Assembly (NCBI RefSeq): GCF_000341395.1 | Contig: NC_020304.1 | Coordinates: 1,230,001-1,262,000 of the forward strand | Direction: 5' to 3' | DNA length: 32,000 nt | From: Desulfocapsa sulfexigens DSM 10523 | GTDB lineage: Bacteria; Desulfobacterota; Desulfobulbia; Desulfobulbales; Desulfocapsaceae | Shown here: positions 20,477 to 27,349 of the stretch, piece after piece | How positions within the stretch are numbered: the stretch's first letter is position 1 | How the letters are laid out: each line of letters begins with the position of its first letter | Notes under the pieces: generated by a model | Told to the model about the DNA's origin: nothing | The model's input: only the letters and a program-made list of their open reading frames with translations | Databases searched by the model: none | Made by a program: the position numbers and the translations under genes

Positions 20477-20552
20477 TGGTGGGTCGTGTGCGACTCGAAC
20501 GCACGACTCTCTGCTTAAAAGGCAGATACTCTACCGACTGAGTTAACGACCC
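20477..20552 (-). tRNA. tRNA-Lys (anticodon UUU), CCA encoded
   Basis: The reverse complement reads GGGTCGTTAACTCAGTCGGTAGAGTATCTGCCTTTTAAGCAGAGAGTCGTGCGTTCGAGTCGCACACGACCCACCA. Anticodon stem TCTGC/GCAGA, loop CT-TTT-AA. Confidence 0.92.
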
Positions 20553-20564
20553 GTGGAGCAAGCC

Positions 20565-20593
20565 TTTATACAAAGTACTTTTTCTTGTGTCAA
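20565..20593 (-). promoter_or_regulatory. Candidate sigma-70 promoter of the tRNA-Lys/tRNA-Glu operon
   Basis: The minus strand reads TTGACA (20588-20593), a 17-nt spacer, then TATAAA (20565-20570). The tRNA-Lys 5' end is 12 nt downstream. Confidence 0.55.
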
Positions 20594-20761
20594 GAAAAAA
20601 GTATATTTGTTTTTTATCATGAGCATATTTAAATCGTCAAGAATTAGTTAATATCTTTTTCAGTTTTGAGAGAGAAAGTCACGAGAAATATGGTGTGACC
20701 CAGATAATGGAATAGGGTATGATGTGAGGAATTTTGATGGAATTTTATAAGGGAGAACAGA

Positions 20762-21367
20762 ATGGGTTTTGTTAAAGGAACGGCTAGTTATGTCCGCTTT
20801 GCCGTTGAGGGGGAATTACCCGATAACATCTGGGATTTCATCGCGGATCGTATTACGTCTTTTGCTTTTAGGGATATTGATGAGACGTATGAGGAGGATT
20901 CGCTTGGCTGGGTATCGGTGACGAACATGTTTGATACTGATTTTAAGTATGCATCATATGCTGCCGGCAATTTCGTTACACTTGCCATGCGTTTTGATGA
21001 GAGAAAGGTCTCTGCGTCCATTGTGAAAAAATTTGTACAGAAAGAAGAGGAACGAATAAAAAAAGAAAAGCAGATCCCTAAAATATCAAGGAGTATGCGT
21101 GTGGAGATCAAGGAACGTATACAAAATGAATTGATACGTAAGGCTCTTCCGATGCCCTCTGTATTTGACTTGTGTTGGAATCTGGAAAATTCAACTTTGC
21201 TTTTTTTCTCAACCAATCAAAAAGCTCAGTCAATGTTGGAGGACCTGTTCAAGGAAAGTTTTGGGCTTACTTTAGTTCAGCAGATTCCATATATTTGTGC
21301 TGAGCATCTCCTCGGTGAGGATGAGGTGGACAGGTTGGCAAGAATAACACCAGATGTGTTTGTATAG
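20762..21367 (+). CDS. RdgC-like recombination-associated protein, N-terminal two-thirds equivalent
   Basis: By eye it is colinear with roughly the first 175 residues of E. coli RdgC: N-terminal F.KG...YR/F, an LGWV segment, a lysine/glutamate-rich helix (KKFVQKEEERIKKEKQIPKISR) and STNQKAQSMLEDLFKESFGL. The alignment is from memory only. Confidence 0.55.
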   Translation: MGFVKGTASYVRFAVEGELPDNIWDFIADRITSFAFRDIDETYEEDSLGWVSVTNMFDTDFKYASYAAGNFVTLAMRFDERKVSASIVKKFVQKEEERIKKEKQIPKISRSMRVEIKERIQNELIRKALPMPSVFDLCWNLENSTLLFFSTNQKAQSMLEDLFKESFGLTLVQQIPYICAEHLLGEDEVDRLARITPDVFV

Positions 21368-21379
21368 AGGGTATGAAAT

Positions 21380-21922
21380 ATGGATTTAGTCGATCTTATC
21401 GCTGAAAAACGGTTTCTAGGGCAGGAGTTTTTGACCTGGCTCTGGTGGAAAAGTGAAGAACGAGGTGGAGTTGTGGCATTACCAGGAGAAGGCGATGTCG
21501 TAGTAGTGTTTGAAAAACACATGCTTCTCGAATATGGTGAAGGGGATTCAAACGAAAGTCTAGTATGTAGGGGGCTCCAGACAGAGCTTCAGGAAGCACG
21601 TACCGGCCTTGTTATGGGGAAGAAATTAGAGCAGGCAAGAATTAAACTGGCTTTTAATGACTATGAGTGGAATTTCACCATGGCAGCGGCTTTGATGGAG
21701 TTTCGAAATGTGAAACTTCCAAAAACCGGAGGAGAGTCGGGAAACGAAAATGACCCCGAAGAGCGTGAGGGAATGGTTCTGGAGAGAATTTACCTCTTTG
21801 AGGAACTTATTCGAATGGTTCTTGGGTTGTTTCGGATTTTCCTACACCTTCGAGTCAGTCCTGAGTGGCGTGACGAGTTACTAAAGGTTAGAGAATGGGT
21901 CAACAGAGCTGAAAGAGCTTAG
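21380..21922 (+). CDS. Conserved hypothetical protein resembling the C-terminal third of RdgC
   Basis: EFLTWLWWKSE resembles ELTLTEWVRSG in RdgC, followed by a similar order of elements. The ATG is preceded by GAGGG. It is separated from the upstream ORF by two in-frame stops (TAG, TGA). Confidence 0.45.
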   Translation: MDLVDLIAEKRFLGQEFLTWLWWKSEERGGVVALPGEGDVVVVFEKHMLLEYGEGDSNESLVCRGLQTELQEARTGLVMGKKLEQARIKLAFNDYEWNFTMAAALMEFRNVKLPKTGGESGNENDPEEREGMVLERIYLFEELIRMVLGLFRIFLHLRVSPEWRDELLKVREWVNRAERA

Positions 21923-21973
21923 GTGTTGTCTTGTGTGTCATGGATAAAAAATACTTATAAAGACGGGTAAATT

Positions 21974-23398
21974 ATGGAGTTTGAAACCGTAATAGGGCTG
22001 GAAATTCATGCCCAGCTGAAGACCAGATCGAAAATATTTTGTGGATGTTCCACTGAGTTTGGGGCATCTCCCAATAGCCACACCTGTCAAATATGTCTGG
22101 GAATGCCTGGCGTACTGCCGGTTTTAAATAAAAAAGTTGTTGAATATTCAATCAAAATGGGATTGGCAACGGGTTCAACTATCAATACTTTTAACCAATT
22201 CGCCCGTAAAAATTATTTTTATCCAGATCTCCCCAAGGGGTATCAGACGTCACAGTTTGATCTCCCTATAGTGGAGTTTGGTAAGGTGGAGATAGAAGTA
22301 GCCGGGAAAAAGAAGGTGATCGGCATTACTCGCATGCACATGGAAGAGGATGCCGGCAAATTGATTCATGACGATAGGGAACCAGTGTCATATGTGGATC
22401 TGAATCGGACAGGAACACCTTTGCTTGAGATTGTGTCAGAGCCTGATATGCGGTCTCCAGAGGAGGCGTATGCCTATTTGAAAAAAATTCACGCCATCCT
22501 TCGTTATCTTGATATCTGTGATGGCAATATGCAGGAAGGAAGTTTCCGCTGTGACGCAAACATATCGCTTAGACCAGTGGGACAGATAGAGTTGGGGACA
22601 CGTACTGAACTCAAAAACATGAACTCCTTCAAAAATGTACAGGCAGCTCTTGAATATGAGGTGCGACGTCAGCGTGATTTGTTACTTGATGGAGAAGAGG
22701 TGACGCAGGAGACTTTACAGTGGGATCCGGATCGAAATCGGACAACTGCAATGCGCAGTAAGGAAGAGGCACATGATTATCGATATTTCCCCTGTCCAGA
22801 TCTGATTCCGGTAGTTATCGATGAGAGTTGGATTGAGGAGATCAGAAGCACTCTTCCTGAACTGCCAGATGCGAGAAAAGAACGCTTTGTAAATGAGTAC
22901 GAATTGCCCGAGTATGATGCAGTAATTCTCACAGCCTCACGGGATTTAGCAGATTATTTTGAGGAAGCTGTCAAAAATTGCGGGAAGGCAAAGAAGGTTT
23001 CAAACTGGATAATGACAGAGATGCTGCGCGAGTTGAAGGGAGAAGATGTTACTGCTTGCAACGTCAAGGCCAAGCAGTTGGGGGCTCTGTTGAAAATGGT
23101 GGATGATGGGACCATATCAGGGAAAATAGCCAAAACGGTGTTTCTTGAAATGATGGAATCCGGGAAGGATCCTGAGACCGTAGTTAAAGAGAAAAATCTT
23201 ATACAAGTTTCAGATACAGGCGAGTTACGGGGCATTGTTCAGGAAATTATTGCAGCCAATCCCTCTCAGACTGAAGATTACAAAGGCGGAAAGACAAAGC
23301 TTATGGGGTACTTTGTTGGTCAGCTGATGCAGAAGACAAAAGGTAAGGCGAACCCTAAAATTGCCAATGAATTATTTTCTGAAGAATTAACCAAATAG
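21974..23398 (+). CDS. gatB: Asp-tRNA(Asn)/Glu-tRNA(Gln) amidotransferase subunit B
   Basis: [49 protein letters not shown], and the C-terminal YqeY-like tail ([16 protein letters not shown]). Confidence 0.96.
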   Translation: MEFETVIGLEIHAQLKTRSKIFCGCSTEFGASPNSHTCQICLGMPGVLPVLNKKVVEYSIKMGLATGSTINTFNQFARKNYFYPDLPKGYQTSQFDLPIVEFGKVEIEVAGKKKVIGITRMHMEEDAGKLIHDDREPVSYVDLNRTGTPLLEIVSEPDMRSPEEAYAYLKKIHAILRYLDICDGNMQEGSFRCDANISLRPVGQIELGTRTELKNMNSFKNVQAALEYEVRRQRDLLLDGEEVTQETLQWDPDRNRTTAMRSKEEAHDYRYFPCPDLIPVVIDESWIEEIRSTLPELPDARKERFVNEYELPEYDAVILTASRDLADYFEEAVKNCGKAKKVSNWIMTEMLRELKGEDVTACNVKAKQLGALLKMVDDGTISGKIAKTVFLEMMESGKDPETVVKEKNLIQVSDTGELRGIVQEIIAANPSQTEDYKGGKTKLMGYFVGQLMQKTKGKANPKIANELFSEELTK

Positions 23399-23416
23399 GA
23401 GGTTGGACTGGGGGCA

Positions 23417-24160
23417 ATGGAGAAGGAGGATTGGCAGAGAAAGGGGGCAGGACATAGACAGCGTCTCCGCGACCGATTCCTTGACCGGGGGCTTGATGGA
23501 TTTAGCGATAAAGAAATTCTGGAACTGCTCCTTTCCTTTGGGACTCCCAGAAGTGATTGTAAAGAACCAGCGCGGAGAGCTCTGAAACAGTTTGGATCAC
23601 TTGCTGCCGTACTCGAAACACCACTTGCCGGATTGCAGGAAATAACGGGTATTGGGCCCAAAAACGGTTTTGCTGTTCATTTTATTCAGGCAGTGGCCAG
23701 GCGTTACCTGAGGGATCGGCTTCAGGGGAAACGCTATCTCACCTCCTCTGCTGACGTGCGGGATTACCTCCTCCACGCGCTGCGTGGCCTCAAAAAAGAG
23801 GTCCTCTGTGTCATTTACCTTGATTCGTCACACGCTATTCTCGACACGGAAACCGTGGCTGAAGGTACCATTAACGTCAACACCGTCTACCCGCGAGAAC
23901 TTATAAAAAAGGCTTTGCAGCGCAATGCTGCAGCTCTCATCATAGCGCACAATCATCCCTCTGGTTCAATTGTTCCATCATCACAGGATATGCAGCTTAC
24001 AAGAACGCTCTCCTTACTTGGAGGTATGATGCAGATCCGTCTCCTTGATCATATCATTATAGGTGATGACAGTTTTTCCTTTGCTGATAATGGTCTGATG
24101 GCGGAGATCCATGATGCGTGCCGGGAGACAATGGAACGTCTTCATTCCAGCAAAGTATGA
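23417..24160 (+). CDS. radC: RadC-family JAMM-motif protein
   Basis: N-terminal GHRQRLRDRF and helix-hairpin-helix region (ELLELLLSFG ... FGSLAAVLETP); JAMM motif AHNHPSGSIVPSSQD. Confidence 0.9.
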   Translation: MEKEDWQRKGAGHRQRLRDRFLDRGLDGFSDKEILELLLSFGTPRSDCKEPARRALKQFGSLAAVLETPLAGLQEITGIGPKNGFAVHFIQAVARRYLRDRLQGKRYLTSSADVRDYLLHALRGLKKEVLCVIYLDSSHAILDTETVAEGTINVNTVYPRELIKKALQRNAAALIIAHNHPSGSIVPSSQDMQLTRTLSLLGGMMQIRLLDHIIIGDDSFSFADNGLMAEIHDACRETMERLHSSKV

Positions 24161-25287
24161 CCTCATCGCTCTATATTCACATTCCTTTTTGTTCAGCCAA
24201 GTGCAGTTACTGCTCATTTAACTCGTATGCGGGCCTGGAGGGCCTGCAGTCACGTTATGTTGAATGCCTATGTGCCGAGATGGAAAATGTTGCATCATCG
24301 GGGGGCGTGGAGTCCCTCAAGACGGTATTTTTGGGAGGAGGAACACCATCTGTTTTACCTGGCGATTTGTCAGGTAAAATTATAACTACTTATCGTAATT
24401 GTTTTTCTGCAATGCAGGATGTGGAAATATCAATGGAAATAAATCCAGGAACAGTTGATATGGCAAAACTGGATTTTTTACACGTTGCAGGTGTCAACCG
24501 GATTTCTTTCGGGGTGCAGTCGTTCATTGATAAGGAGTTGAGAAGTATAGGACGTATTCACACAGCAGAAGAGGCTGTCGTTGCAGTATCTATGGCAGGG
24601 AATGCGGGGTATGAAAATGTAAGCCTTGACCTGATGTATGGGCTTCCCGGTCAGACTACTGCGAGTTGGCACCAGAGTTTGGAAACAGCTATTTCTTTGG
24701 GAGTAAAGCATCTCTCGCTTTATCAGTTAACGGTTGAAGAGGGGACTCCATTACAGCAAATGATGTACGGAGGAACAATACAGTTGCCCGGTGAAGATGA
24801 ACTAGCTGCAATGGATAATATTACGAGGAAATTGACCGATTCTGCCGGTCTACGCCAATATGAAATATCCAATTATGCAAAAACAGGATATCAATGCCGT
24901 CATAATATAACCTACTGGGAAAATAATGAGTACCTGGGAGTAGGGGCGGGGGCAGTCTCCTGCGTAAGGAGAAGCCGCAAACGAAACATTGCGGATCCTG
25001 TGGAATACTGTGATCGTATTGAGGCTGGAAAATCGGTGGTTATTGAGGAGGAAAATTTAGATATCGAGGCCTCATTTCGAGAAACGGTTATTATGGCGTT
25101 ACGATTGAATAGTGGATTTTCCCTACCGGGTCTTACCGAACGCTACGGGATAAATGCTTTGGATTATTATGGTGCAACACTTGAAAATCTTATAAGGGAT
25201 GGATTTGTTGAGCAGCATGCAGGAATGATTGCTCTGACGGACAGGGGGAGGGGTTTTGCTAATCTGGTTATGTCCGAACTGGTGTAA
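24157..25287 (+). CDS. hemW: Radical SAM heme chaperone HemW (HemN-like, oxygen-independent coproporphyrinogen oxidase family)
   Basis: LYIHIPFCSAKCSYCSF (CxxxCxxC), GGGTPS, and the HemN C-terminal domain. ATG 24157 overlaps the radC stop (ATGA). The track start 24118 lies inside radC. Confidence 0.9.
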   Translation: MTSSLYIHIPFCSAKCSYCSFNSYAGLEGLQSRYVECLCAEMENVASSGGVESLKTVFLGGGTPSVLPGDLSGKIITTYRNCFSAMQDVEISMEINPGTVDMAKLDFLHVAGVNRISFGVQSFIDKELRSIGRIHTAEEAVVAVSMAGNAGYENVSLDLMYGLPGQTTASWHQSLETAISLGVKHLSLYQLTVEEGTPLQQMMYGGTIQLPGEDELAAMDNITRKLTDSAGLRQYEISNYAKTGYQCRHNITYWENNEYLGVGAGAVSCVRRSRKRNIADPVEYCDRIEAGKSVVIEEENLDIEASFRETVIMALRLNSGFSLPGLTERYGINALDYYGATLENLIRDGFVEQHAGMIALTDRGRGFANLVMSELV

Positions 25288-25417
25288 CAGGCAGATAAGA
25301 GGACCAGGCGACCGTTACTGTGCTGAGCGAGGAGAAAATAAAGGTCGGGATAGGGGATCATTGATTGGCGTAATCTGTTAAAATTCTAACTAATTACCTC
25401 CGAAACATTTGCAACCC

Positions 25418-25524
25418 GGAGTTTTTCCGTGTCGATTATATGGGACGCCATAAACCCATCCCTGGGGGCTCTGCTGCGGCCGTCCAGGCCGCAGATGCCC
25501 ATATAATCAACACGAAAAAACTCC
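25418..25524 (-). ncRNA. Candidate structured RNA element: a 27-bp inverted repeat enclosing a GC-rich hairpin
   Basis: GGAGTTTTTCCGTGTCGATTATATGGG (25418-25444) pairs with CCCATATAATCAACACGAAAAAACTCC (25498-25524) at 25/27 positions. Both mismatches are C-A on + but G-U on -. The inner perfect hairpin is CTGCGGCC-GTCCA-GGCCGCAG (25474-25494). Confidence 0.35.
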
Positions 25525-25552
25525 TCCTCAGACGGGTAGGCTGAAGAGGAGT
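25514..25552 (-). terminator. Minus-strand intrinsic-terminator-like hairpin
   Basis: The minus strand reads ACTCCTCTTCAG-CCTACCCGT-CTGAGGAGGAGT followed by TTTTT. This is a 12-bp stem with one G-U pair (C-A on the plus strand). Its 3' arm overlaps the first 5 nt of the 27-bp repeat. Confidence 0.45.
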
Positions 25553-25988
25553 GGTGATTAGGAAATTCTATTAAACATATGGTGATGTCACGCACCTTCT
25601 CAGCACTCATTTTTTCTAAAAAGACTGGTGTCTATATTGCACCAGAAAACCAACCTTTAACAACAATTTTTTTCTTTTTCACTTTTATCTTTCTTTATTA
25701 GATCCACAATATTTTTGAACTTTGAGTTTCAGAGTTTGACAGGTTCCTGATAGAGGAGGAAGCTTAGAAAAGATGGAATGCTTGAAAAGAAAAAAACATT
25801 AGTTGTGCTAATGTTAAGCATAATTATTACAAATTTTACTTAATTATAATACTCAAGTATTTATTTGTTAAGAATCTTACGGATGGAAAGTAATGAATAT
25901 CTGTGAGAGGAATATTGGATATACTTCATTCAGGCTGAGCCTACGGCTCTGTGATATCTTGTGTGCAATGAGGTGGGTTGAGGGAATT

Positions 25989-26300
25989 ATGACGAAACAA
26001 TCTGAACTACAGTGTTGGGAAATTATTCAGTGCAACCGTAAAAACAAATGCCAGTCGTATAAAAGGGAGGAAAAAGAATGCTGGCAGGTGATTAGGGATG
26101 ATAATGCGAGTTCGTTCCATATCTGTGTTGATTGCCTGGTGTATCTGGCGAAACAGAAAGATTCGATTTTCAGTGACGAGGAGTTAGCTCGTATTCTCAG
26201 TAAACGGCAGGAGAAAAGTTTTCGTCATTATGAATGCAAACTTACATATGCACTTCGTCACTCAACAGCAATTATAGATGGTCTCTGTATCAATGTGTAG
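25989..26300 (+). CDS. Small cysteine-rich protein with a two-CW-type motif
   Basis: MTKQSELQCWEIIQCNRKNKCQSYKREEKECWQVIRDDNASSFHICVDCLVY follows the pattern CW-x4-C-x5-C-x9-CW-x13-C-x2-C. ATG 25989 is preceded by GAGGG. The track start 25893 adds 32 low-complexity residues. Confidence 0.6.
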   Translation: MTKQSELQCWEIIQCNRKNKCQSYKREEKECWQVIRDDNASSFHICVDCLVYLAKQKDSIFSDEELARILSKRQEKSFRHYECKLTYALRHSTAIIDGLCINV

Positions 26301-26336
26301 CAGAGGAAAAGATAGGTATCAGTGAGAGGATGGAGC

Positions 26337-26795
26337 ATGAGCCCATATATGGCATTAATAGACAGAAAAATTTCTGCCTGGATGGATAAATATTGTCAGG
26401 GACTGATGCGAATTTCTCTGGCCTTGATATTTATCTGGTTTGGCATGCTAAAACCTCTGGGAATGAGTCCAGAAGAGGAATTGATAAAAAACACGGTCTA
26501 TTTTTTTCCACCGGAAGTTGTCTTGTTTGTTCTGGGATGCTGGGAGGTAACAATAGGTATTGGACTTCTCTATAAACCGTTACTCAGGGTTGCTCTCCTG
26601 CTTTTACTAATAGAACTTCCTGGTACGTTTCTGCCACTGATTGTTTTGCCTGAGATCTGTTTTCACTCAGTACCATTCGGGCTCAGTCTTGAAGGGCAAT
26701 ATATTGTGAAGAACCTCTTCCTTATAGGCGCGGCCTTTGTAATTGGCAGTAAGGTCGCACAAAACAACCCATTACTTGAGGAAACGGAGGCGTGA
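26337..26795 (+). CDS. DUF417 / YkgB(RclC)-like membrane protein (DoxX-related)
   Basis: Four hydrophobic helices. LMRISLALIFIWFGMLKP, GCWEVTIGIGLL and LSLEGQYIVKNLFLIGAAFVIG parallel E. coli YkgB segments (LIRLSIAIVFMWIGLLKF, GVVEVIIALLVL, LSGAGRLVLKDTLMLAGAVMI) as I recall them. ATG 26337 has an AGGA 7 nt upstream; GTG 26322 is an alternative. Confidence 0.6.
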   Translation: MSPYMALIDRKISAWMDKYCQGLMRISLALIFIWFGMLKPLGMSPEEELIKNTVYFFPPEVVLFVLGCWEVTIGIGLLYKPLLRVALLLLLIELPGTFLPLIVLPEICFHSVPFGLSLEGQYIVKNLFLIGAAFVIGSKVAQNNPLLEETEA

Positions 26796-26863
26796 GGTAA
26801 TGGGGGGAACGCTGTCAATGGAGAGTGTTGCCAGAATCGTATTGTAAGCAGTATCGGATTGGC

Positions 26864-27349
26864 CTAAGATTTTAATTTGTAGAGGTTTACCAGCGTCGTT
26901 ATTGCTTGTCTGAGGTTTTCTTGCATTGAAAACTCCTCCTTTCTGTAAGAGAAAACCGATAAGACTGACAAGCGGGGTTTCTTTGCGTGCTCAGTTTTTG
27001 GGTGATGCTGGTAAACTTTTACATTTTGTATCCCTTCTGTAGAAAATCCTATTATCATACCCTCAGCAGAATGGGGATGTATGATAATGAATGATGTTGA
27101 CTTCCTGTCGGCTATTTTATAGCATCCAGAAGTATTCTTTAAACGCTCAAGCTTTTTAGCTTCTCTCCAGTTACCACTCGTGTAAATAATATTTGTGGAA
27201 ACAGTACCACACTCTATGCAAAGTTTTCCGGAAAAACAGAAAATTCTCCTCGACTTAGTTTCACTTTTATCAAAAATTCTCGACCTGAGTGATAAAGGAA
27301 ATCTTGCCCATGGGTTGCGGGTTGCTGACCTGTCCCAGGCGATAGCCAA
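26864..27349 (-). CDS. Hypothetical protein; doubtful, and the 5' part overlaps the kinase gene start
   Basis: 161-aa ORF with no motif I recognise. Its first ~50 codons overlap the divergent kinase ORF, and there is no ATG/GTG/TTG between 27194 and ATG 27055 (MIIGFSTEG). It may be shorter, a remnant or spurious. Confidence 0.25.
   Translation of the reverse strand: MAIAWDRSATRNPWARFPLSLRSRIFDKSETKSRRIFCFSGKLCIECGTVSTNIIYTSGNWREAKKLERLKNTSGCYKIADRKSTSFIIIHPHSAEGMIIGFSTEGIQNVKVYQHHPKTEHAKKPRLSVLSVFSYRKEEFSMQENLRQAITTLVNLYKLKS

Noticed and set aside
25405-25470. Faint plus-strand resemblance to a c-di-GMP-I (GEMM-I) riboswitch (GCAACCC ... GGGACGCCATAAACCC)
   Set aside because: There is no GNRA tetraloop/receptor arrangement and no convincing P1/P2 helices. 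The element lies more than 500 nt upstream of the next plus-strand gene, and the stem mismatches favour minus-strand folding. Needs cmscan before any claim.
25418-25524. Integron attC site or MITE interpretation of the 27-bp inverted repeat
   Set aside because: The R''/R' core sites (RYYYAAC ... GTTRRRY) are not present in the correct order. No integrase or transposase is nearby, no target-site duplication is visible, and there is only one copy in the window. A MITE cannot be fully excluded without a genome-wide search.
25386-25610. 74-aa minus-strand ORF in the hemW/two-CW gap
   Set aside because: No Shine-Dalgarno sequence. The frame runs through a 12-bp terminator-like hairpin and both arms of a 27-bp inverted repeat. 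It is more likely a non-coding structured region and is kept only as an alternative in the finding.
25753-25802. 9-codon ORF (MECLKRKKH) after GAGGAGGA upstream of the two-CW gene, as a leader peptide
   Set aside because: The SD-ATG spacing is about 12 nt, there is no associated attenuator structure, and such short frames are expected by chance.
27109-27125. CGGCTATTTTATAGCAT as a sigma-54 promoter for the kinase gene
   Set aside because: The GG/GC spacing is right, but the -24 element (CGGCTA) and -12 element (TAGCAT) are poor matches in AT-rich DNA. Too weak to report as a feature.
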